Assembly: GCF_001194135.2 (NCBI RefSeq)
Contig: NC_069000.1
Location: forward strand, 20,661,672-20,711,466
Reading direction: 5' to 3'
From: Octopus bimaculoides
Taxonomy: Eukaryota
Length of the DNA: 49,795 nt
Positions 38,231 through 49,795 of the stretch are shown piece after piece. Below the pieces are notes generated by a model. That model was not told where the DNA came from, made no database searches, and was given only the letters and a program-made list of their open reading frames with translations. Numbering within the stretch: the first letter of the stretch is position 1; the number at the start of each line of letters is the position of its first letter. Both the position numbers and the translations under genes were made by a program.

Positions 38231-41010
38231 AGGAAAATGAGGAGAATGAAGAATTTGAATATTTGTTTATTTCTATTTAGTTTATTCATAATCATAGTCG
38301 AACTATTATTGTTAATAAACTAACTAGAAATAGACATGAAGTTTGGTTGTTCAAATTTACACTCTAAGAAGCCAAGAAACAAACTGGAATATCGGATAAA
38401 AGCTAAAGGAAGATTACCAAAAAACGCTCCATCAGAGAAATTTGGTACCTGCCTGGATATTATATCCCTCCTCTTACTATATGTGTATATGTATGTTTGT
38501 ATGTATGTGCATACATATACATACATATATATATATATATATANNNNNNNNNNNNNNNNNNNNNNNNNNNNNNNNNNNNNNNNNNNNNNNNNNNNNNNNN
38601 NNNNNNNNNNNNNNNNNNNNNNNNNNNNNNNNNNNNNNNNNNNNNNNNNNNNNNNNNNNNNNNNNNNNNNNNNNNNNNNNNNNNNNNNNNNNNNNNNNNN
38701 NNNNNNNNNNNNNNNNNNNNNNNNNNNNNNNNNNNNNNNNNNNNNNNNNNNNNNNNNNNNNNNNNNNNNNNNNNNNNNNNNNNNNNNNNNNNNNNNNNNN
38801 NNNNNNNNNNNNNNNNNNNNAGTAGAGCTCTGCAATAATATAAAAGAAACGAATAAAAGAACAAATAAATCAAGTCTTGTACATTCAACTGGACATAAAT
38901 ATATGGTTCCCTCATAAATATCTCTCTATCAGTGTGTGTGTGTGTGTGTGGTGTGTGTGTGTGTGTGTGTGTGTGTGTCTGTGTGTGTGTGTGTGTGTGT
39001 GTGTACACATCAATATTTTTTAATCACAAGGAAAGGCGAAATTGAATTTGAAACCCTCTCGTTTACACAACTTGTTGAAAATCGGTGTCAATGTGTGACA
39101 TTAAATCAAATCAAAATGTTATTATTTTATGTATCGCTCCCCCCGCCAAAAAAAAATGCATATATTTTCGTACAAAACTACTGTATGCAACCAAATTTAA
39201 AACTTTAAAATAAAATGAAAATTGAAAAAATTGTCGAGTACTTCAAGAATGCATTTCAGTGCAAAAATGTTACTGTGTTGTTCCTATGAGAGATCGTTGA
39301 TTCGGTAGCTCGTGCTGTCAGAAATAGCAACCAACTGGGAATTAGCTCACATCTTGCTGTCTTAAAAATAGAAGGGCGTGTTTCATAATGTAATTGAGGA
39401 TGGTATCGCTGGTCTTCTCTCTTAGATAAGAACATACTTGAACATAAACAACAATCTTACAAGAATAGAATCTTTTCATATTTAATACACAGTTTTCCAT
39501 AAACCATATTATTGACTATTTATCCCGCATTTCATGTGGTATATTTTATATGAGTAAATATTTTACATCTTTAATAGTATATTTTAATTCATGATACTCA
39601 TGCGTTTCTGAATTGCCTTAGTCCAGTAAACGAAAAGAAACAGCCTTCTCCCTTTGGGAATCAGAAACAAGTCGAGGACATAACTTGCTTGGAACCTAGC
39701 TAGCTTTTTTTTTTTTTTTTTTTTTCCTTGGACTCGATTCTTATTCCATTGTTTTGACTACGTGTTCATAAAAAGTAGCCACGTATGTTAAGTGGCTTCA
39801 ACCGAGAACTGAAGCCCGAGATATTACGGCCAACAGAATAGCGATAGCCCTATGCATTCAGTAATAAAGTAATAGCCATTTCAGCCTGCACGTATAATGT
39901 ACTACAGTGAATTGGCATTTTTAAGATAATGACTCAGAAAATAATTACACGCTCGTAAAATTTTTATATTCCAATTATTCGTTGAGATCATACGCATGAC
40001 CTTAATATGATAATAAATGCTGGATTATGAAATCAAACATTACTGTTGTAAATTTGCCGACGGCAATTAGTGGGCCCAAGAAAGTATATACATTACGGGT
40101 AAAGGAAAATAGAAATTTAGAGCGTAAAATTTTTAATCCTTTCTTGTTTACGCCTGAAACTAAGTTACAGTTAAATAGATACTGAATCAGTCGACTTTAT
40201 TTTAAAATTGGAAGAACTTTTTTTTTTTTGTCAGTTTCAGTAAGTGTATTGAATAAATTAGAAAATTTTCCTTTCTGAATATGTTTTCTTCAGTTGTTTA
40301 ATTTTATTGCAATTGTCAAACAATTCCGATAAGCATTACAGCGCTAAAGGGTTCAATCTGAACTTCAAGCCAAAGCTTGTCTGCAGTTTCTCGCCCAAGC
40401 AATACGGTGTTCTGCAAGCTGTCATTTTGCTACCATGTGATATACGAAAACGACAGATCGAAACACAAACTTAATGCCAATTTTTCTGACATTAAATTAA
40501 CTTAGTTTCTCTAAATATTTAGCTGCAAATAATCATAAAGAAGAGTAATTTTAGATTATAAGTTCAAACTAAAAGTTTGATGGTTTCAACCGCAATGCTT
40601 CCTTGTACTATAATAAAACCTTGCATTCAAGTAGTACTCACTCACACGTTAAATGTTTTGCTTGCGGATAATTTGACATTACTTTTGTTTTTACATGATT
40701 TTTGACTCCATTTGACTTTCGTTGGAAGTTTCATTGGCGACATAGCCAAATTCAGAATAATTATTTGTTAAAAAGTAAACTCCCTGTAGACTGATAATAT
40801 AGCTTAAACTCAATAGTTACAATTCAAAATTTTACATCCAGGATTTTTATAAGCGTAATTCAAAACTAATCGACGTTTCTAGAAATAGTAAATGGAATGC
40901 AATCTATTTTAAAGGGAAATATCTATTTCGTTTTATTTTTGTTCTGTTCAAAATTATAATTGCTCTTGTTGGAACTTTTGAAACGTTTTATATTTATTAT
41001 TTCAACACGG

Positions 41011-41231
41011 AGGGCGGCGAGCTGGCAGAATCGTTAGCAGACCGGGCGAAATGCTTATCGTTATTTCGTCTGCCGTTATATTCTGAGTTCAAATTCTGCC
41101 GAGGTCGATTTTGCCTTTCATCCTTTCGGGGTCGATTAAATAAGTACCATTTACACACTCGGATGTTATCGACTTAATCTCTTTGTTTTTCCCCTCTATG
41201 TTTAGCCCCCTGTGGGCAATAAAGAAATAAA
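41011..41231 (+). mobile_element. SINE family B with the second tail type and a 10-bp TSD
   Basis: tatttcaaca occurs at 40998-41007 and 41232-41241. Confidence 0.9.
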
Positions 41232-41247
41232 TATTTCAACATAGATA

Positions 41248-41462
41248 GAGGTGGTGAACTGTCAGATTCGTTAGAGCATTGGACAAAATTCGTTGTGGTA
41301 TTTCTTCCTGCTCCTTCTGAGTTCAAATCCTGCCCAGGTCAACTTTTCTTGTCACCTTCTGTGGCTGATAAAAGAAAGTAGAAGTCTAGTACTGGAGTTG
41401 ATGGTGTCAACTTACTATTTCTTGAAAATTGCTTGCTTTGCGCCTTAATTAGAAGCCATATT
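41248..41462 (+). mobile_element. Older SINE family B copy
   Basis: ggtggtgaactgtcagattcgttagagc...ctgagttcaaatcctgcccaggtcaacttt. Confidence 0.75.
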
Positions 41463-41776
41463 GTAACCTAGGCAACACTGATCTGATGATGGGTAACAGT
41501 ATTATAATGTTGATGCTATGCTATTAATATTTCGACACCAGTAAAACAGATAATTGTTCGAATTTGTTCACTTAATACTATTTTACATATATTCTTTTCA
41601 CACTCATCAATTTTGCTCGCTGATAATTATTATTCTAGCATTACCGAAGCATTTTCTATTATAATCAAATTTTCTAATGTGAATTATATAGACGAACGGT
41701 TACATCAAGGTGTTATAAATGGCTAATATATATGGATGAGTGACCATGTGTAGTGATTTTCTTTTAAATCCCTTAG

Positions 41777-41872
41777 ATATCCGAAGGTGTCTATGAGCAG
41801 GATTAATAGTATGTGTGCATCTTTCAAATGCATGTGCGAAAATATAATTGTAAAGAGAGGCTTAATATTTAG
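41777..41872 (+). other. Candidate 96-nt phase 2-2 exon, product unknown
   Basis: Acceptor ttttcttttaaatcccttag and donor AG|gtatgt. Only one frame is open: YPKVSMSRINSMCASFKCMCENIIVKRGLIF. Confidence 0.35.
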
Positions 41873-43528
41873 GTATGTTTCTTCAGTAAGTAGTATGTTT
41901 GGCATGCAGAGAATTTATCTCATAGCTTTGTGGTAACAACAGTGATACTATGTAATATCCTCGAATACTCTAAGTATACACGGGTTTATGATCGCCAATG
42001 TGTGTGCATGTCAAGGTTAATGCTAGCTAATGCTTTTGGTCATTCAATGGTATGCTTGTATGCATGCATGCATGCGCACAACTGTAGGCATGCCAATGCA
42101 GACGTGCATATTTGTAACTATGCATAGCTCACGTAATACCAAGCAATCTCAATGTCTGGCATAGCAGACAGACATAATCATCTTCTGGCTGACTCTGCAC
42201 ACCCCACCCCCTACCAGCATATTTGTCTGTCTGCTAGTCAAGGGAGCTATGTAACGAACGATCTGTCGGTCGTCGTTTCTCTATCAGACTACGTTATCTT
42301 GCTGCTCAGCCTGTATATCGGCCTGCTTTGTCTCCTGAAATCTTTCTCTATATCAGCTAATCCCGCTATGTTCGAAAGCTATCAACTCAGCCTCAGTTAT
42401 CTTTATGTCTGATTGCCTGCCTTATGCCTATCTCCCTTTCTCTTTCTTTCTGCAGCTCCCTTTATCGATCCATCTATCTAATATTTCGCTCGCTCCTGCG
42501 TCTATTCACAATCTCCCTATTTTCTTCCTCTCCGCTACTCTCTTGTTCGTTCCCTTCTTTGCATGCATTTTCGGAAATTTTTATTGAATCTCTCTTTCCT
42601 TCCATCGGTTTTGCTTTCAGCTTTCCCTCTTTGGTAGTGTCTCTTCATGTAATTTCTTTTATCCTTACATTAGCTTTTCATGGAGAATACTCTCTCTCTC
42701 TCTAGTCAGTCAATTACTCCTTTTACCCATACCTTACTCTCTTCACATTCCTCTGATTTTCCTCACATTTTCTTCTCTCGTCGCATATCTCCTCCCTAAA
42801 TGTCTCACTTTTTCTCTTTCTCAGTTTCTCTCACTTTTTACATTGTATGCGCTTTTGTGTAGCTGATGCTTTTTAACTTATTGCAGTACTGTCTTTACTT
42901 TCTTTTTTTTTTTTTGTAGATATCTTCTGGTCTTTCAATTGTTGTCCGACATATCTGTCACTAGGAGACAAGGAAAAACAATAACAGCAACACTAATGCT
43001 GATATTGCCAGCAAATCACTCTTAGTCATTCCAGCGCATTTTTTTTTTTACACCAAAAACCTCGCTATCCTGTTTAGTTGACTTATCTCCCTTTACTTCC
43101 CTATTTACTTCCCTAGAAAGACAATTCTTATCTTTGGCTTATTGCAATAGTAAATATGATAGAAATAAAGTAGTTACCTATAATGAAAATGATAATGCTT
43201 ATGATTGGGATAAAAGTAGTCCGAGGAAATAATTTAGTATCTTATATTATGCTTGTTAATATTTATTTCCGTTTAGTTTGTGTGTATTTATTCACTTACA
43301 AATATTCCTAAAATCAGTTTACATATGTAACTTGTTTATTAAATAGCTTACTACACCCAAGACTGCTATTCAATTCTAATATTATTCTTATATTAAACAA
43401 TACACAAACTCGCTGTAGTATGCTACAGGAAGCTTAACGGAAACGCATTCTCACAAGAGCGCGCATATGAATATCATTTATACGCATAATCCATACGTAT
43501 ATAGGTATAGATTCGGGTGTACAAAGAT

Positions 43529-43570
<42 letters not shown>

Positions 43571-44484
43571 NNNNNNNNNNNNNNNNNNNNNNNNNNNNNN
43601 NNNNNNNNNNNNNNNNNNNNNNNNNNNNNNNNNNNNNNNNNNNNNNNNNNNNNNNNNNNNNNNNNNNNNNNNNNNNNNNNNNNNNNNNNNNNNNNNNNNN
43701 NNNNNNNNNNNNNNNNNNNNNNNNNNNNNNNNNNNNNNNNNNNNNNNNNNNNNNNNNNNNNNNNNNNNNNNNNNNNNNNNNNNNNNNNNNNNNNNNNNNN
43801 NNNNNNNNNNNNNNNNNNNNNNNNNNNNNNNNNNNNNNNNNNNNNNNNNNNNNNNNNNNNNNNNNNNNNNNNNNNNNNNNNNNNNNNNNNNNNNNNNNNN
43901 NNNNNNNNNNNNNNNNNNNNNNNNNNNNNNNNNNNNNNNNNNNNNNNNNNNNNNNNNNNNNNNNNNNNNNNNNNNNNNNNNNNNNNNNNNNNNNNNNNNN
44001 NNNNNNNNNNNNNNNNNNNNNNNNNNNNNNNNNNNNNNNNNNNNNNNNNNNNNNNNNNNNNNNNNNNNNNNNNNNNNNNNNNNNNNNNNNNNNNNNNNNN
44101 NNNNNNNNNNNNNNNNNNNNNNNNNNNNNNNNNNNNNNNNNNNNNNNNNNNNNNNNNNNNNNNNNNNNNNNNNNNNCTGTATATATATATATATGTATAT
44201 ATATATGTGTGTGTTTGTGTGTGTATAAAATGTGTAAATTATATTATTTACAGTAAGCTGGGGTTTTGACACTGTGTACATGTGTAACGTCTGTGTGCAT
44301 ATGGGAATCTGGAGTCGAGTATTCCCACAAGTATGTGTAGAAGCATGTGTGCATGTCTAGATATAGGTGCATGAAAACGCAGCATTGTTTTGTAAATAAA
44401 CATTCAATATTCATTTAAATGATTTTCAGTTATGAAATTGATCCTCTATAATTATCTTCTCGAATATATTTCTATCTCTCTATG

Positions 44485-44526
<42 letters not shown>

Positions 44527-44861
44527 TACGTACATATTCGCACTTATACAGCACACATATGTATGTTTTTGTAAGTCCATTAAACCAATGATCCGTTAAG
44601 TCACTTGGTGTTCAAAAATATTTGCACAGATTGTTGAATATATTAAGCAAGAAATTTGTAATTGTATTAGACCGAGATTGAACAACATTGATTCGCCTTC
44701 TTAGGCAATAGGCATTACAATGAATTGTTGCTTATCGAACAAGACTTACATTGCAGATAATAACAGTTTCTCGTTATTTCTACGAACTCATAATTTTGTT
44801 TATTCAATATTCAATTTGTAAAGAGCTTACTGAGAAGATTGTCTCAATAATGTTCATACCC

Positions 44862-44916
44862 ACTTATGATATAACTTATGATATAACTTGTGATATAACT
44901 TGTGAGATAGCTTGTG
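44862..44916 (+). repeat. 12-bp minisatellite (actt(a/g)tgatata), about 4.5 copies
   Basis: Direct reading. Confidence 0.9.
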
Positions 44917-45283
44917 GGTAAAATCGGACTAGTCATCGTAGGCGTTATTGCTTTGAAATAAGACGCGAATATCACACACGGTATATTTTAAAGTCATATC
45001 ATGTTCGTATCAAGAATATTTTTATTAACATCGTAGCAATAAAACACTGGACCGTTTACTTAAGTTGTATTGCAGTTATTCAATCCAATCTCTCCATTAA
45101 CAATTTGAAGATGTCTTGCACACGAAAAGTCAATTTTACATAAGCGGGAGAGAAGGGGGGGGGAGAGATGAAGTGAGGAAGGAAGTGATACAATAAAAAG
45201 AAATAATTACAAAACGCATTGTTTTTCATATTTGCAAAAAAATTCTGATATCAGGATATATTTAAGCATGTATATCTTCCTTC

Positions 45284-45328
<45 letters not shown>

Positions 45329-45636
45329 CATACATGCTTATATACGCGCACGCGGGAACAAGCACACTCCACACACACACACAGACACACACTCATGTTT
45401 ATGTTAGGATATTACATATGCACAAATATTTATGCATAATGAGTCAAGCACGATAAAAAAAATTTGACTAATAGATTAAATGCCTTCAGATAGCCTCATA
45501 GACGTGTGTATGTGTGTGTATATGTGTTTGTGTGTGTGTGTGTGTGTGCGTGTGTTTGTGTGCGTGTGTTTGTGTGTGTGTGTGAGTGTATCTGTGTTTG
45601 TAATGTGTACGTGCGTGTTTTCGCCTCTGCATATAA

Positions 45637-45722
45637 ATATGAATATGTATATATAAGTACATGGAAATAGATATGAATATGTATATATAAGTACATGGAA
45701 ATAGATATGAATATGTATATAT
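45637..45722 (+). repeat. 34-bp tandem repeat, about 2.5 copies
   Basis: atatgaatatgtatatataagtacatggaaatag repeated exactly. Confidence 0.93.
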
Positions 45723-46649
45723 GCATATATACATATGCATATATACATGCACACATACACATCAGACATATGCCAACATGCATGAGTGCATACATGTCCC
45801 AGGAATTGGACAACAATGTCAAGCGCTGCTTTATATGTGCTAAAGGTAATAGAATGAGAGTCCAAGACCTACTAAATCAACGAGCTAAATATATTTTGCA
45901 GCAGAAACACAGCACATTGATAAGCAGTAAAATGTCTGAATATTAATTGATAGAGAACGAAAATAAAAGCTTATAGATAGATTGACATTTAAAAAAAAAA
46001 TCATACTGATGGTCAGACACAAACTAAATCAACCGATATTCACATAAACATGCATTAATTCAAAAAGATAGACAGGGAAGGGAAAATGATCAACAGATGC
46101 ATAAAAGGGTTAATTAGATAACCAGACAGGCATACATATTTATACACAGATAAATATAGACAAGATATACAGTCGTTTTGTAAGATAGTTAATGTAGATA
46201 AAAAGATAAATTTACAGAAAAAAACGGTAGAGTAAGGTAGTTAAGAAAACACATAGATGTGCATCGTTTTACGTAGAAAAACACAAATAATGGAAGGACT
46301 GGTTGCTGAAATGCAAATGGGGATATTGTGGATACAAAGATAAGATATATACAACTAATAGTTAAGCGATATGATTAAATGCATTCGTGTGCGTGCACAT
46401 ACGCGCTTAGCTTTGCGATTAATATGAATCATATATTCTTTCTATAGTTGTTAAACTAGCCCCAAATACGCACTATACCCGTAGATGTGGATATGAGTAT
46501 ATAAATATGAACACGCTGGCACATAACTATAGAGTAAGCTTATATAAAATTAACCCGTTGTCATACCCAACTACAATCATATTATGTATATACCTTTCTA
46601 CATGCGAATACACACACACACACACATACACACATACACTGATGGACAT

Positions 46650-47640
46650 TTTATGTCCCAGTCAGTTATGCCAGGTTTTTGAAAAGGGGAATTAAGTGGT
46701 CGCAGTGAATTACTTTGTGATCTTGTCAATTCTTCGTATGATTAAAGTATACGAAATGCGGGTAAGATGAAAAATATCAACCCTCCTACAGAGAAATCCT
46801 TTCCTAGATCGCCTCTAGAATGGTTTTTGTGATGGCACACATTACCTAACACAGATTCTGCGTCACCTCGAGACTTAAATGCTTTAGGAGAGGGATCTAA
46901 CACTGATATCATATATTTTGGCCTCTGTGAAGCTTATTCACCATCAACATCCATGAAAGCTACTGAGAAGCATTGAACGTTTCTTGGTAAGCAGAAAGCA
47001 ACATGTTGTGGTATAATGAATTTACTCAAGACCATAAATGCATTTTTGATGTCAACCAGGTTACTGTGTTGGGCCGTCTCTATTTTTATTTATAAATGAC
47101 ATTGCGATTACCATGAAACAGAGTAATATAATTGCGATTCTCATGAAACAGATTGATATAAAATCTTTGCAGATGACTCAAGGACCCAGAAAGTCATCAA
47201 GAATTTATATGGAAGATCAAAACTTCAATCTGATTTTTTGGCTGTGATTCGATGTATGAGGGAAAATTTGAGCTCTCATGCTTTCACAAAGAGCACATAC
47301 TTAAAACATCCCTTTTTTCTTCATTGTGGCAGCTTTTCGAAGCATCAAATAATATATGTCTCTCTATGGACAACAAACTAAGCTGCATTGCACAGTTCAT
47401 CAATAAAGTCGATATGGCTTGCATAATATATTCAAGAATTCTTAGAACTCTCAATCCAGATACCCTCATGGTATCATATTTCTATATGCTGTGTTTGCTA
47501 CGCATCACCTTGGATACTGTTAACCAGCGTTTTATTCTCATACAGAACATAACATTAGCAGAATTAAAGTACCCGAGAGATTGATCACAAAAGTAAACGG
47601 CATGAAAGGACTTGATTGTTGGGATCTCTTCAAAAATTTG
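46650..47640 (+). mobile_element. Decayed non-LTR retrotransposon (CR1/L2/Jockey-type) reverse transcriptase remnant
   Basis: Ordered motifs: NYFVILSILRMIKVYE (cf. NYRPISLTS..KV.E), LTQIL...LGEGSNTDIIY, VNQVTVLG...FINDI (cf. GVPQGTVLGP..F.IYINDI), KIFADDSR (FADD), LQSDF. Confidence 0.88.
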
Positions 47641-47903
47641 AAGTTCTTTTCTCTCCGAAGCTGCTGTCATGTTACCCCATTTGTACGATGACGAAGATAT
47701 TGGACCAACCCGATGCCGATATCAAATTCAACAAGTTACCCACTCCTAGGGCCTCATGCCCCATAACCCTTACGAAAATCTATCTCACATCACATAATAT
47801 TATGAAAATACTTTTTAAACTCAATTGATCCCGCTTTATTCAATGTTATACTGAAAGGAGTCAAAGGAAAGGATCCCATTTAAATGGTACACAAGTAAAT
47901 TAC

Positions 47904-48044
47904 TCCCAGAAGCACCAGACACACGAGTGACACTAGAGTTATATTTCGACAAACGACAGAAACGACACGTCTCTGCACGAGGATGCTCTCCGAAATCATT
48001 ACGCAACAGACATCTCCACGTGGCGTTATTAAAATAAATATGAC
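47904..48044 (-). other. Candidate 141-nt exon, product unknown
   Basis: Minus-strand acceptor ttcactcacag and donor GGA|gtaatt; CpG-rich. Two frames are open, one ending in a hydrophobic stretch (RNITLVSLVCLVLLG). Confidence 0.3.
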
Positions 48045-48084
48045 CTGTGAGTGAACCCTATTTAAGTTATCTAAAGTATATATA

Positions 48085-48118
48085 CATATATATACATATA
48101 TATATATACATATACATA

Positions 48119-48200
<82 letters not shown>

Positions 48201-48277
48201 TGTATGCATGTATGTATGTATGCATGTATATATTTCCACTTTTATTTATATCTCCCCCTCTCCCTTCTCTGTCTCGC

Positions 48278-48313
<36 letters not shown>

Positions 48314-48345
48314 TACAAATGCACACACACACACACACACACATA
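48085..48345. repeat. Compound (TA)n/(TATG)n/(CA)n microsatellites
   Basis: Direct reading. Confidence 0.92.
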
Positions 48346-48382
48346 CTTATATATGTGTGTGTGTGAGTGTATGGTTGTGTCA

Positions 48383-48700
48383 GAAGGCGAGTAGCCTAAC
48401 GGCTTGTATGTTCGGTTCACGATCCTAATGTTTGTTGATTCGAATCCTAGACGGAGTAGTACATTGTCTCCTTCAACAAGGCACTTCATGTCACGTTGCT
48501 CCAGACAACCGAAATGAAAATGATTGCTGGTGCAGCTTTCTTCGCTTGCAACTGTCACTGCATCGCTGTTCCGCTGGTTGGATGGTAGGCGGACCAAGAG
48601 ATTATATACGACTGCTCCACAACTACAATGGTGGCTACAACAACAGAAGCATAGGACATGTCTCCAGGTCACAGTCTCTTGCGAGTGGTGGCTAATGTTT
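48383..48700 (+). mobile_element. Old SINE family C-like copy
   Basis: gaaggcgagtagcctaacgg...gattcgaatcc...tccttcaacaaggcacttcatgtcacgttgctccag. Confidence 0.65.
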
Positions 48701-48908
48701 AGTCCTTATATATACATACACATATACATATATATATGTACGTGTGTGTGTTTACGTAATAAATACATCATACAAATCTATCTAAGCATGCACTCAGAAA
48801 TGTATACATACATACATGTACATACAAACATATATACATACACGCCCAGACACTTCTATATAAGCTCATACACTTATATTTCTATAAATGCATGTTTTTG
48901 TATGGGTG

Positions 48909-48946
<38 letters not shown>

Positions 48947-49719
48947 TTATATACATATATATATACATACACATGTATGTAGGTATGTAAGTATTGACAA
49001 AACGTGCATGTATTGAGAAAGGGTCGAAATTATACTATTTACAGTAAAATAGATTATTTTGTATTGTTTATATGCGTGTGCGACTCCATGTGTGTACTTA
49101 TGGCATATCTTCCGCCTGCCCAATCTCCATGTATGTTTGCATGCGTGTGTGTATGTGTGTGAGTTTGTGTGTGTCTGGGTGGGGTGAAAGAGAGTTTGTA
49201 CAGCCTTTATTCCTTACGCCATTTTTAAAATTATAAATATGCTCTATACATAACATGTAGCTACGGAATAGCAAACTGCTAAGAGACAAGGTTATTGTGC
49301 GACATTAACACGTGCAGTATGCGTTATGTGTAGTAGGCTAGAGAGCTTTTATCGTGGCATATAAACTACATACATTGTTGTAACCATCAGCATCAATAGA
49401 TGTTGCGTCAGAGATGCTCTAGATGCATCGTTCCAAGGTTAGATTTCAAGTGAATAATTTCTTTTTAGTTTAGTGAGCGGGTCTCCAGGATAACATAATT
49501 TTAACTGTTTGTCAGAATAACCATGATAAGTAAATATTAAAATTTGAAGTTCATAAGTGTGAGTCGAAACAAGCAATTATTTCTCCGACAGAATACTAAT
49601 TAATCCGTTGAAGAATCTATATGCAGGACAAGTTTCCATAGCGCACACATTCCTTTCATCTTTTCACGGCTTTCCATATCAATGATTACTGTTTGTTATC
49701 AAGTAGTACAACATGATAT

Positions 49720-49723
49720 AATG

Positions 49724-49769
<46 letters not shown>

Positions 49770-49795
49770 GAAGAAGAAGAAGAAGAAGAAGAAGA
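49720..49795. repeat. (AAT)n followed by (AAG)n microsatellite
   Basis: Direct reading. Confidence 0.95.

Noticed and set aside
39705-39725. T21 run as the poly(A) tail of a minus-strand retrocopy
   Set aside because: No canonical AATAAA, no TSD and no recognisable body.
41489-41560. CTGATGA motif as another hammerhead
   Set aside because: No stem II hairpin or GAAA follows.
44862-45722. Short periodic repeats as possible CRISPR-like arrays (12-bp, 34-bp; also 20-bp at 32250 and 61-bp at 21007)
   Set aside because: Units are contiguous with no unique spacers and there are no cas genes; these are ordinary tandem repeats in eukaryotic DNA.

Overview
AT-rich, repeat-dense animal DNA, probably intronic or intergenic. 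The SINE families and the abundance of (TA)n/(TG)n/(CT)n microsatellites resemble octopus (cephalopod) genomes; this is an inference and no search was run. Thirteen N-gaps, most bordered by a microsatellite, hide roughly 4.9 kb, and nearly all ORFs in the supplied track are microsatellite or gap read-through. There is no intact protein-coding gene, true tRNA or rRNA gene, or CRISPR array that I can support. Supported content: three groups of tRNA-derived SINEs (about 18 copies, several with clear target-site duplications), four decayed mariner transposase remnants, a palindromic mariner-derived structure, three decayed LINE remnants, and probable Penelope-like tail fragments carrying hammerhead-like motifs. 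A few isolated candidate exons have good splice signals but no recognisable product. The best leads are: (1) hammerhead-like cores whose 4-bp stem II differs in sequence but still pairs in all three copies (6619-6900, 11530-11548); (2) an apparent AATATT target preference of one SINE family; (3) two fold-back mariner derivatives, one of which also duplicates the DNA outside the TIR; (4) a SINE that carries an internal microsatellite. None of these is shown to be a new biological system, and all need computation or experiment.
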